Assembly (NCBI GenBank): GCA_048184855.1
Contig: DBEYYU010000069.1
Location: 4,264 to 68,263 of the forward strand
Reading direction: 5' to 3'
Length of the DNA: 64,000 bases
Origin: Collinsella aerofaciens
GTDB taxonomy: Bacteria; Actinomycetota; Coriobacteriia; Coriobacteriales; Coriobacteriaceae
Positions 1 to 9,415 of this stretch are shown here, piece after piece. The notes beneath the pieces are model-generated. The model was not told the DNA's origin and searched no databases. It saw nothing but the letters and a program-made list of their open reading frames with translations. Within the stretch, counting starts at the first letter, position 1; each line of letters starts with the position of its first letter. The translations under genes and the position numbers were made by a program.

Positions 1-2529
1 ACCGCCGGCATCGTCTCCATCATGTCCAAGATGGGCATCTCCACGGTGCAGAGCTACCATTCGGCGCAGATCTTCGAGGCCGTGGGCTTCACTCCGGAGT
101 TCGTCAACGCGTACTTCGCCGGCACGGTGAGCCGTGTGGGCGGTATGGGTGTCGAGGACGTTGAGCGCGAGCAAAACGAGCGCTACGACGCCGCACTCGC
201 TATCCTTAAGAGCCCGGCTCCCGATCAGCTGCCCACGTTGGGCCTGACCAAGTGGCGCCCGCTCGGCGGCGAGGATCACCTCATCGATCCGCAGACCGTC
301 TACTTGCTGCAGACCGCCTGCCGCGAGGACAGCTACGACACCTTTAAGGAGTACAGCGCTCGCCTGCACCGCACCGGCCGTGCCGTGCGTCTGCGCGACT
401 TGCTGGACTTTGATGCCAGCGGCCGCACTCCGGTGGCACTCGACGAGGTGGAGCCCGCGCTCAACATCGTCCGCCGCTTTAACACCGGCGCCATGTCGTA
501 CGGTTCCATCAGCAAAGAAGCACACGAGTGCATGGCCATCGCCATGAACCGCCTGCACGGTCGTTCCAACTCGGGCGAGGGCGGCGAGGATTCGCGTCGC
601 GAGACCCCGCTGGCCAACGGTGACTCCAAGAACTCCGCCATCAAGCAGGTGGCAAGCGCGCGCTTTGGCGTGACGAGCCGCTACCTGTGCAGCGCCTTCG
701 AGATTCAGATCAAGATGGCCCAGGGCGCCAAGCCCGGCGAGGGCGGCCACCTGCCCGGCAAGAAGGTCTACCCCTGGATCGCCGAGGTCCGTCAGTCCAC
801 GCCCGGCATCGGCCTGATCTCGCCCCCGCCGCACCACGATATTTACTCTATCGAGGACCTGGCAGAGCTGATCTTTGACCTTAAGAACGCCAACCCCGGC
901 GCACGCGTGTCGGTCAAGCTGGTCAGCGAGGCCGGTGTCGGCACCATCGCCACCGGTGTGGCCAAGGGCGCTGCCGACAAGATCTTGATCAGCGGCCACA
1001 ACGGCGGCTCCGGTGCCGCGGCGCGCGATTCGATCTGGCACGCCGGTCTGCCGCTGGAGCTTGGCCTTGCCGAGGCCCAGCAGACGCTGCTGCAAAACGG
1101 CCTGCGCTCGCGCGTGGTGCTCGAGGCCGACGGCAAGCTCATGGACGGCACCGATGTTGCTGTCGCCTGCCTGTTGGGCGCCGAGGAGTTTGGCTTTGCG
1201 ACCATGCCGCTCATCTCCATGGGCTGCCTCATGCAGCGCGACTGCCAGCAGGATACCTGCCCGGCCGGCATCGCTACGCAAAACTGCCGCCTGCGTCGCG
1301 GCTTCCGCGGCAAGCCCGAGCACGTCGAACACTTTATGCTCTTTGTTGCCGAGCAGCTGCGCGAGGTCATGGCGAGCCTGGGCTTCCGCACCGTCGACGA
1401 GATGGTCGGCCATCCCGAGTGCTTGCGCCAGATTGAGGTCCCGGGCAACCGCAAGGCCAACCTGCTCGATCTGTCGCCCGTGCTGGCGAGCGCGACCTGC
1501 GAGTTCGGTGCCCACATCCCGGGTGCCGACGGTCGTCACTTCCTGCCGCAGATGGCTGCGGACAGTGAGCTCGACAAGACGCTCGACTCCACGTTGTTTG
1601 TGCCCTATACGGCCGATGCCCGTGCGCACCTGCGTCCGATTCGCTTCCGCGCCGATATCGCCAACGTCAACCGTTGCGTGGGCACCATCTTGGGCAACGC
1701 GGTGACCAAGGCGCATCCCGAGGGTCTGCCCGCCGGCTCCATCACCATCGATTGCGATGGTTCGGCCGGTCAGAGCTTTGGCGCCTTTCTGCCGCGCGGC
1801 ATTACGCTCAACGTGTGCGGCGACGCCAACGACTACTTTGGCAAGGGCCTTTCGGGCGGCGAGGTGTCGGTGCGCCCCAACCCGCATGCGACCTACAAGT
1901 TCGACGAGAACATCATCGTGGGCAACGTTGCGTTCTTTGGCGCTACGAGTGGCCGCGGCTTCATTAACGGCCTGGCCGGCCAGCGCTTTGGCGTACGCAA
2001 CTCCGGTGCCACGGTGGTGGTCGAGGGCTGCGGCAACCATGGCTGCGAGTACATGACGGGAGGTCTGGCGCTCATCCTGGGCGAGGTCGGGCAGAACTTC
2101 GCCGCCGGCATGACGGGCGGCGTGGCTTACGTCTTTGACCAGTACGGCACGCTCGATGCCCGTGTGAACCACGAGAGCGTTGAGCTTAAAGCCCCGACGG
2201 CCGGTGAGCTTGCGCAGATTCGTGCGCTCATCCAGGAGCACGTGGACGCGACGCAGAGCCCGCGCGGTATTAAGCTGCTCTACAGCTTTGAGACGATGAG
2301 CAAGCACTTTGTGAAGGTCATTCCAACCGAGTACGAGCGCGTGCTGGCGATTGTCGCCGCCGCCGAGGCCGTGGGCAAGACGCATGCGCAGGCCGAGGAG
2401 CTGGCGTTTGACATTGTGACCGGCCGCGCGAGTGCCGCGGATGTCGCTCGCTTTGATGTGGCGGGTGGTGTCGCTGGCGCTGCGCCCGCCACCGCCAGCT
2501 CTGTTGCTTCGACCAAGAAGGAGGCGTAA
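1..2529 (+). CDS. gltB: glutamate synthase large subunit, C-terminal part (FMN/synthase domain plus GXGXG domain); the 5' end lies outside the window
   Basis: The frame is open from nt 1 (TAGIVSIMSKMGISTVQSY...). It carries GltB hallmarks: QIKMAQGAKPGEGGHLPG, ISGHNGGSGAA, and the C-terminal GNVAFFGATSG / GCEYMTGG repeat domain. gltD follows after 5 nt. Confidence 0.92.
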   Translation, partial: TAGIVSIMSKMGISTVQSYHSAQIFEAVGFTPEFVNAYFAGTVSRVGGMGVEDVEREQNERYDAALAILKSPAPDQLPTLGLTKWRPLGGEDHLIDPQTVYLLQTACREDSYDTFKEYSARLHRTGRAVRLRDLLDFDASGRTPVALDEVEPALNIVRRFNTGAMSYGSISKEAHECMAIAMNRLHGRSNSGEGGEDSRRETPLANGDSKNSAIKQVASARFGVTSRYLCSAFEIQIKMAQGAKPGEGGHLPGKKVYPWIAEVRQSTPGIGLISPPPHHDIYSIEDLAELIFDLKNANPGARVSVKLVSEAGVGTIATGVAKGAADKILISGHNGGSGAAARDSIWHAGLPLELGLAEAQQTLLQNGLRSRVVLEADGKLMDGTDVAVACLLGAEEFGFATMPLISMGCLMQRDCQQDTCPAGIATQNCRLRRGFRGKPEHVEHFMLFVAEQLREVMASLGFRTVDEMVGHPECLRQIEVPGNRKANLLDLSPVLASATCEFGAHIPGADGRHFLPQMAADSELDKTLDSTLFVPYTADARAHLRPIRFRADIANVNRCVGTILGNAVTKAHPEGLPAGSITIDCDGSAGQSFGAFLPRGITLNVCGDANDYFGKGLSGGEVSVRPNPHATYKFDENIIVGNVAFFGATSGRGFINGLAGQRFGVRNSGATVVVEGCGNHGCEYMTGGLALILGEVGQNFAAGMTGGVAYVFDQYGTLDARVNHESVELKAPTAGELAQIRALIQEHVDATQSPRGIKLLYSFETMSKHFVKVIPTEYERVLAIVAAAEAVGKTHAQAEELAFDIVTGRASAADVARFDVAGGVAGAAPATASSVASTKKEA

Positions 2530-2534
2530 GTGCC

Positions 2535-4016
<1,482 letters not shown>

Positions 4017-4047
4017 GGCGGCTGTCCACAGCTGAATCGTCAAGGGC

Positions 4048-4129
4048 TGTCCCCGAATGCCGGCCCAAAAGGAACGTCCCCAAGTGCCGGCAGCTGGGGA
4101 CGTTCCTTATGTGCCGGCATTCGGGGACA
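4048..4129. repeat. nested palindrome downstream of gltD; a likely terminator and member of the GTCCCC-motif repeat family
   Basis: Perfect 17-nt outer arms: TGTCCCCGAATGCCGGC at 4048-4064 and its reverse complement at 4113-4129. They enclose a 12-bp inner hairpin, GGAACGTCCCCA 4071-4082 / TGGGGACGTTCC 4095-4106. Confidence 0.75.
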
Positions 4130-4431
4130 CTCCTTGCGAGTTCGCAGGCGACTTTGTCATTTGCCGACGTGCAAGTGTTCATTCGTCGACGTTTGCGACT
4201 GTGCTACTCTGCTCTTTCTGTGGTGGTAGCGGGCGTTTGCCTCAAATGAGTGAACTGACTGTCTATATCTACCTGCGGTTTCTTTGCGGTGCGCTCATTC
4301 GGTCAAGTGTCCCGTCAAGTGTTTGGTCAGCATCTGGTTTGCAGCCGGAGGCCTATTTTGCCCGCGCTGGTCGTGGCTGCCCACCCTCCTCGTAAGCTCA
4401 AATTGAGGTTCATCAGTTTGAGGAGGATGCC

Positions 4432-5139
4432 GTGACTGACCACGTTTTAGACCGAGCGCAGCTGGCTGAAGCCGTCGGCAACGATATTGCCGACATGGCC
4501 CATTTTTGGATGCTGCGGAAGTTCCAGTTTTTGGAGCCGGCACGCGAACAGTTCGAGATCATTGTCGACCCGTGGCTCAGCTATTGCACCGAGCCTTCGC
4601 AAAACGAAATCATGGCCTACAACATGGCATTTACCGATTGGCTGCTCTTCGAGCGCCCCTATCGCCATGGCAAGACGCTGCTCGAGCTGTATGTTGACGA
4701 ACCGCCGGCATCGCTTTCGCCTGCCTCGCTCAAGCGGCTCGAGCAGGTACGCGACACGCAGTATTTCTCGCGCTTTGGCATTTTGGACAAGGATCCTGCG
4801 AACGGCATGGTTGCGCTGAAGGATACGCGTGCCGACCGTCGCTTTGATGTCTACGACCCGCATATCGTGCAAAAGGAGCATTGGAGCGACGGCGCGATCG
4901 CGGTGCGCCTCGCCTGCATCGACGATGTCTGGCTGACGGCGGGACAGCTCTATCTGTATGACATCGCGCGCCTGAGTGACACGGCGGTCGATGGACCGGG
5001 TGCGGTGCATCCCGAGGATCTGCAGGACGGCTTTGACACCTCGTGCGTCAGCTTCTTTTTGCGCCTGGTCCGCGACATCATGGGCGCCCAGGGGCGGTAC
5101 GTGAAGTCGCTCAACATCTACGAGCAGGAGTGGGAGTAG
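4432..5139 (+). CDS. hypothetical protein (no family recognised)
   Basis: A 235-aa ORF with a GTG start, preceded by GAGGAGGA 4 nt upstream. Amino-acid composition looks coding. The competing antisense ORFs are Arg/Ala-rich artefacts. Confidence 0.6.
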   Translation: MTDHVLDRAQLAEAVGNDIADMAHFWMLRKFQFLEPAREQFEIIVDPWLSYCTEPSQNEIMAYNMAFTDWLLFERPYRHGKTLLELYVDEPPASLSPASLKRLEQVRDTQYFSRFGILDKDPANGMVALKDTRADRRFDVYDPHIVQKEHWSDGAIAVRLACIDDVWLTAGQLYLYDIARLSDTAVDGPGAVHPEDLQDGFDTSCVSFFLRLVRDIMGAQGRYVKSLNIYEQEWE

Positions 5140-5175
5140 GGGATGTGACTGGCGTCGCCCTGCTGCCCTGACTTT

Positions 5176-5312
5176 GTCTCAATCTGTAACGTTTGGCGGC
5201 TGTTTGGGCCCGTAACTGTTACAGATTGAGACGGAAGGTTGGCGGCTGCCGAAAGATCTTGTTCTGTAACAACTAGAGGCTCAAAGACTGTCTTCCTGTT
5301 ACAGATCAAGAC
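5176..5312. repeat. twin-hairpin repeat element, copy A (units 5176-5232 and 5256-5312)
   Basis: Each unit is a 15-nt arm, a 27-nt loop and a 15-nt inverted arm (GTCTCAATCTGTAAC...GTTACAGATTGAGAC; ATCTTGTTCTGTAAC...GTTACAGATCAAGAC). A 23-nt spacer separates the units. The same architecture occurs at 6418, 12055 and 15631. Confidence 0.9.
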
Positions 5313-5338
5313 ATTTGTCAGCGGAGGCAACGGTGACG

Positions 5339-6409
5339 ATGGTCCATTTGTCTGACGTGGTGGTGATGAAAGTGCCTAATACCGTTCTCAAACACAAACA
5401 TGCGACTCGCAACACGTTGGCGCGGAATAGGATGCTCGCGCGGCTCGCGGAGACGGCCAAGCAAGGTGCGCTGCTCGCAACGCATGACAATACCGAGCTC
5501 ATGTGGCTGCGACGCCATGTTGGAACCGACGATATCGCGGAGCCCGAGCCGTACCTGTTCTGTTTTCAGCATGATTGGGATGCATTGACGCCGGCGGAGC
5601 GAGCGCTGAGGACTATCAAAGGGCTTGCGAAATTTCATCCCGATTGGGCGTTTTGGGGATATGACGCCGCGCTGATATGGGGTCTGGAGGTGCCGAATGA
5701 TCTGCTCGGGCCGCGTTTCCTTGTTAAGACTTGCTGTTCGGTGACGTTGAGCGGCGGGTGCAGGTTGTTGCGTCCGCAGATTGCGGGCGCGCTCGAGCGC
5801 GTCGACGGCGTGCGGGTGACGTCGTTTTGGCGCACGGCGGAGGATTGCTTGCTGCGTGCGCCGTTCTCCTACGGGTTGGCGATTGCCGATTCTGCACTGC
5901 GGGTGAAAGACGTATCACGTGGGGATTTGTGCGAGCGCCTCCGCGCCGATTGCGAGGGCAGGCGAGGGTATCGCAGGGCACAGGCGATTGCGTCGTATGC
6001 GGACGGGCTGTCCGAAAACGGCGGCGAGTCTCGGTTCCGAGCGTTCTTTATTGCGTACGGCTTTCCGGTTCCGGAGCTGCAGGTGGAGTTTCGCGACCCG
6101 CTCGATCCGAGCCAGGTGTTTCGCGTCGACTTTTTTTGGCGGCTCGAGGAGGGAACGTGCGTGATTGGCGAGCTGGACGGTAAGGGGAAGTACACCCTGC
6201 AGAGCGGCGAGGCCCGGGAGCCGGTCGACCCATTCGTGGCAGAGCGTCAGCGGGAATCTCATCTGACAATGCTCGGGCACAAGGTGCTTCGGTTTACGTT
6301 TGATGAGCTCAAGAATCCGGGGAAGCTGGTTGAGAAGATGAGGCTGGCGGGTATTCCGCGACGGCCCGATTTGGCTGAGGAGTGGAGACGTCGGTGGTAT
6401 GGGCGCTGA
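5339..6409 (+). CDS. DUF559 / Vsr-like (PD-(D/E)XK fold) endonuclease-domain protein with an N-terminal wHTH-like region
   Basis: The C-terminus (GGESRFRAFFIAYGFPVPELQVEF..FRVDFFW..IGELDGKGKY..LGHKVLRFTFDEL) matches the pattern of actinobacterial DUF559 proteins as I recall it. The track ORF starts at a TTG at 5315, immediately after the hairpin arm. The ATG at 5339, with GGAGG upstream, is more plausible. Confidence 0.7.
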   Translation: MVHLSDVVVMKVPNTVLKHKHATRNTLARNRMLARLAETAKQGALLATHDNTELMWLRRHVGTDDIAEPEPYLFCFQHDWDALTPAERALRTIKGLAKFHPDWAFWGYDAALIWGLEVPNDLLGPRFLVKTCCSVTLSGGCRLLRPQIAGALERVDGVRVTSFWRTAEDCLLRAPFSYGLAIADSALRVKDVSRGDLCERLRADCEGRRGYRRAQAIASYADGLSENGGESRFRAFFIAYGFPVPELQVEFRDPLDPSQVFRVDFFWRLEEGTCVIGELDGKGKYTLQSGEAREPVDPFVAERQRESHLTMLGHKVLRFTFDELKNPGKLVEKMRLAGIPRRPDLAEEWRRRWYGR

Positions 6410-6417
6410 GAGGTTTT

Positions 6418-6555
6418 GTCTTGATCTGTAACGTTTAGAAGTTGTTTGAGTTCGTAATTGTTACAGATCGAGACAAACCGGTGAAACGTCGACCGAATGT
6501 CTCGATCTGTAACATCAAGGGGCCCAACAACCCTGTATCTGTTACAGATCGAGAT
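6418..6555. repeat. twin-hairpin repeat element, copy B (units 6418-6474 and 6499-6555)
   Basis: GTCTTGATCTGTAAC-27 nt-GTTACAGATCGAGAC, a 24-nt spacer, then GTCTCGATCTGTAAC-27 nt-GTTACAGATCGAGAT. It starts 9 nt after the stop of the DUF559 gene. Confidence 0.9.
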
Positions 6556-6704
6556 ATTTCCCTGGTGTCGCTGGGGTGGGACTGCAGCATATTCCGTCTC
6601 CCACATCCCCTCTTCCCTCCGTTAACCGATGCGTCTGCAGCAATCCAGCGGGACTAGGTGATAATGGACAAATGTTCAAGTTAATCGTGAGGGAGGAGCT
6701 CGAT

Positions 6705-8075
6705 ATGGCGTCTGCCGATCGTTCCACGTTGTTTATCAATGCGACCATTCTGGATGGCTCGGAGCATATGGAGCCGCAACCCGATATGGCCGTGACTGTT
6801 GAGCGCGGCGTCATCACCTGGATGGGGCCGAGTGCTGTGGCGCAGGCGCCCGCGGGTGCCGAGGTTATCGACCTGGGCGGTGCGTATCTCATGCCCGGTC
6901 TCATCAATATGCACGTGCACCTGTGCGGCTCGGGCAAGCCTGTCTCGGCCGGCGATGCGGGCGCGCTGATGAAGAAGCTCGATAATCCCGTGGGGCGCGC
7001 CATCGTGCGCCATATTCTTAAGGGCAGCGCCCAACAACAACTGGCAAGTGGCGTGACCACGGTGCGCGGCGCGGGCGATCCGCTGTTTGCCGATCTGGCC
7101 GTGCGCGATGCTATCGATGCCGGCAAGTATCAAGGTCCTCGCCTGGTGGCGCCGGGAACGGGCGTCACGGTGCCGGGCGGCCATGGTGCGGGCTTGTTCG
7201 CCCAGGTGGCCAACAGTCCCGCCGAGGCAGCCGAACAGGTGCGCGACCTGTATGCGCGTGGTGCCGACGTCATTAAGCTGTTCGTGACGGGCGGCGTGTT
7301 CGACGCTACCGAGGTGGGCGAGCCGGGCGTGCTGCGCATGCCGGTCGAGGTTGCCGCGGCGGCGTGCAAGGCTGCGCACGAGGTGAGTCTGCCGGTTATG
7401 GCCCATGTCGAGAGTACCGAGGGCGTGAAGGCCGCGCTTGAGGCCGGCGTTGACACGATTGAGCACGGCGCTCCGTTGACGCCCGAGATTCTGGAGCTGT
7501 ACCGTGGCGCCGCGGGCACGCAACTCGAGGGGCGTGCGCCCAGTGTTACCTGCACTATCAGCCCGGCGCTGCCGTTTGTATTGCTCGACCCGAAAAAGAC
7601 CCATTCGACCGATACGCAAAAGAAGAACGGCGATATCGTGTGCTCGGGCATTATCGAGAGCGCCCGTGCCGCACTGGAAGCTGGCGTTAAGGTGGGCCTG
7701 GGTACGGACTCGAGCTGCCCGTTCGTGACGCAGTACGACATGTGGCGTGAGGTGGCCTATTTTGCCAAGTATGTCGGCGTGAGCAACGCCTTCGCACTGC
7801 ATACGGCTACGCAAGTCAACGCCGAGCTGCTGGGGCTGGACGGCGAGACTGGCACGATCGAGTGCGGCAAGGCCGCCGATATCTTGGTGACGCGCGAGAA
7901 CCCGCTCGATGACCTGTGCGCTCTGCGTGAGCCGATGCACGTGATGTGTCGCGGCGATCTGGTGTGCAAACTCAAGGTGAAGCGCATCCCCGAGGTGGAT
8001 GCCGAGCTCGACGCGATTATGGCCATGCCAGCCGAAGCGCTGGCTGAGGAGCTGGCCCGCGACGGCGTAGCATAG
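6705..8075 (+). CDS. amidohydrolase-family metal-dependent hydrolase
   Basis: It has the HxH metal motif (LINMHVHLCG) and later H/D ligand regions (MAHVES, IEHG, GTDS). GGGAGGAG lies 8 nt upstream of the ATG at 6705. Alternative starts are 6672 and 6576. Confidence 0.85.
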   Translation: MASADRSTLFINATILDGSEHMEPQPDMAVTVERGVITWMGPSAVAQAPAGAEVIDLGGAYLMPGLINMHVHLCGSGKPVSAGDAGALMKKLDNPVGRAIVRHILKGSAQQQLASGVTTVRGAGDPLFADLAVRDAIDAGKYQGPRLVAPGTGVTVPGGHGAGLFAQVANSPAEAAEQVRDLYARGADVIKLFVTGGVFDATEVGEPGVLRMPVEVAAAACKAAHEVSLPVMAHVESTEGVKAALEAGVDTIEHGAPLTPEILELYRGAAGTQLEGRAPSVTCTISPALPFVLLDPKKTHSTDTQKKNGDIVCSGIIESARAALEAGVKVGLGTDSSCPFVTQYDMWREVAYFAKYVGVSNAFALHTATQVNAELLGLDGETGTIECGKAADILVTRENPLDDLCALREPMHVMCRGDLVCKLKVKRIPEVDAELDAIMAMPAEALAEELARDGVA

Positions 8076-8108
8076 GTGTGACAAAGGGACAGCTCCGTTG
8101 TCGCATAC

Positions 8109-8145
8109 AAAAAGCCGAGGTCTCAGCGCGAGGCCTCGGCTTTTA
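8109..8145. terminator. bidirectional intrinsic terminator between convergent genes
   Basis: AAAAGCCGAGG...CCTCGGCTTTT: a GC-rich stem with an A-run on one side and a T-run on the other. It sits between the stops at 8075 (+) and 8166 (-). Confidence 0.65.
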
Positions 8146-8165
8146 TTTGTCCTATGGTATGGCGG

Positions 8166-8639
8166 CTAGGAGCGCGTCTCCATCTTGGCGTGGCACTTGG
8201 GGCAGGTGACGCGAATCTTGCCCTTGCCCTTGGGGACGGAGAGCATCTGGCCGCAGTTGGGGCACTTGAGATAGGCCGTGGTCTTGCGGCCCTTCCACAT
8301 CTTCTTGGCCGTGCGCTTGGCACGCTCAAAGTCTTCCTTACTGGTGCCGGCCGCGCGTGAGGTGCTGGCCGCTGCGGTTCCGCCGCCCAAGCTGGCGACG
8401 AATTTGCCCAGGCAGGGGACGTTTGCAGTCGCGGCGACAAAGGCCTCGTTCTCCTTGTGACGTGCGTCGATATTTTTGGACAGGCCGCGCAGCACGCCAA
8501 TCACGATTACGGCGATGGCAATCCAGCTGAGCCACTGGATGCGGGCTATCGATCCGATCATCGCGATGACGATGCCGGCAAAACCCATCACGATGGTGAG
8601 TTCATCGGCACCATTGCGACCCTTCATAAAGTCATTCAT
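8166..8639 (-). CDS. membrane protein with a C-terminal zinc ribbon
   Basis: It has two hydrophobic helices (LTIVMGFAGIVIAMIGSIA, LSWIAIAVIVIGVL). The C-terminus has a CPNCG...CPKCH pair. The likely start is MNDFMKG at 8639. Confidence 0.65.
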   Translation of the reverse strand: MNDFMKGRNGADELTIVMGFAGIVIAMIGSIARIQWLSWIAIAVIVIGVLRGLSKNIDARHKENEAFVAATANVPCLGKFVASLGGGTAAASTSRAAGTSKEDFERAKRTAKKMWKGRKTTAYLKCPNCGQMLSVPKGKGKIRVTCPKCHAKMETRS

Positions 8640-8694
8640 GCAAATTGCCTTTCGTTCGATATGCTGCACGCCTTTATACCCGATTTAGAGCAAG

Positions 8695-8741
8695 GGGGAC
8701 AGGTTAATCTGCACCAATGTGGTGCAAACATACCTGTCCCC
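8695..8741. repeat. inverted repeat with a 27-nt loop (family 2, copy 1), followed by a partial extra arm at 8755-8775
   Basis: GGGGACAGGT-27 nt-ACCTGTCCCC. The loop TAATCTGCACCAATGTGGTGCAAACAT contains its own TGCACCA/TGGTGCA hairpin. A near-identical element lies at 19543-19607. Confidence 0.8.
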
Positions 8742-8785
8742 GGAATACCAAGACGGTGCAAACGTACCTGTCCCCAATGCCCCAA

Positions 8786-9058
8786 TTACTTGGAGAGTTT
8801 GTCGACGACGCGTTCGATTTCGGCGAGTTTGGCGGCTTTGAGGTCTTCGTCGCCCGATTCGATTGCCGAAGTCACGCAGCCCTCGATATGCGCCTTGAGC
8901 ACGTCGGCGTTAATGCGCGCGAGGAGCGCCTGTGTGGCCATGAGCTGCGTGGAGATATCGACGCAGTAGCGGTCCTCCTCGACCATCCGCAGGATGCCGT
9001 CGATCTGACCGCGTGCCGTCTTGAGCATGCGGGTCACCGATTTATGGTCTGCCATCAT
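8786..9058 (-). CDS. csoR: CsoR-family copper-sensing transcriptional repressor
   Basis: MMADHKSVTRMLKTARGQIDGILRMVEEDRYCVDISTQLMATQALL...HIEGC shows the typical CsoR/RcnR (DUF156) C-H-C pattern. It lies in an operon with copZ and copA. GAGGA lies upstream of the ATG at 9058. Confidence 0.9.
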   Translation of the reverse strand: MMADHKSVTRMLKTARGQIDGILRMVEEDRYCVDISTQLMATQALLARINADVLKAHIEGCVTSAIESGDEDLKAAKLAEIERVVDKLSK

Positions 9059-9100
9059 GTCGGGTCCTCGTTTCTGGTCGATCTTCCGGATGTCCCCGTC

Positions 9101-9167
9101 AGTTGCGGTGAAATACGGACCGTTTAAAGGCCTAGGGCGGCACAACAGTCCGTATTTCACCGCAACT
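9101..9167. repeat. perfect 20-nt inverted repeat with a 27-nt loop (family 3, copy 1), between copZ and csoR
   Basis: AGTTGCGGTGAAATACGGAC at 9101-9120 and its exact reverse complement at 9148-9167. A related copy lies at 50140-50206. Confidence 0.85.
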
Positions 9168-9193
9168 TCTGAGGATTCAGTAGGCAGCGACTG

Positions 9194-9415
9194 CTATGCG
9201 GCGGTCACAGACAGGGCGTGGAATTTCTCGCCCGCGGCCTCGACAGCGGCGGCGAGTTGCTCGGCGGTTACGGTGTCGGCGCACTCAACCTGGACGGTCT
9301 GGGTCTCGTGATCGGCGTCGGCGTCGGTCACGCCGGCAACGTTGAGCAGTGCCGTCTCGACAGTAGCGTCGCAGTGGCCGCACATGAGGCCGGAAGTCTT
9401 GATTGTGTATCGCAT
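9194..9415 (-). CDS. copZ: heavy-metal-associated (HMA) domain copper chaperone
   Basis: A 73-aa protein, MRYTIKTSGLMCGHCDATVE..., with the CxxC metal-binding motif. GGGAGGAA lies upstream. It is adjacent to copA. Confidence 0.85.
   Translation of the reverse strand: MRYTIKTSGLMCGHCDATVETALLNVAGVTDADADHETQTVQVECADTVTAEQLAAAVEAAGEKFHALSVTAA

Noticed and set aside
6576-6704. The upstream extension of the amidohydrolase ORF (and similarly 26258-26422 for the hydrogenase ORF)
   Set aside because: The extensions lack family similarity. The first runs up against repeat copy B (ends 6555) and the second lies inside the upstream gene. Internal ATGs with strong Shine-Dalgarno sequences fit the conserved N-termini.
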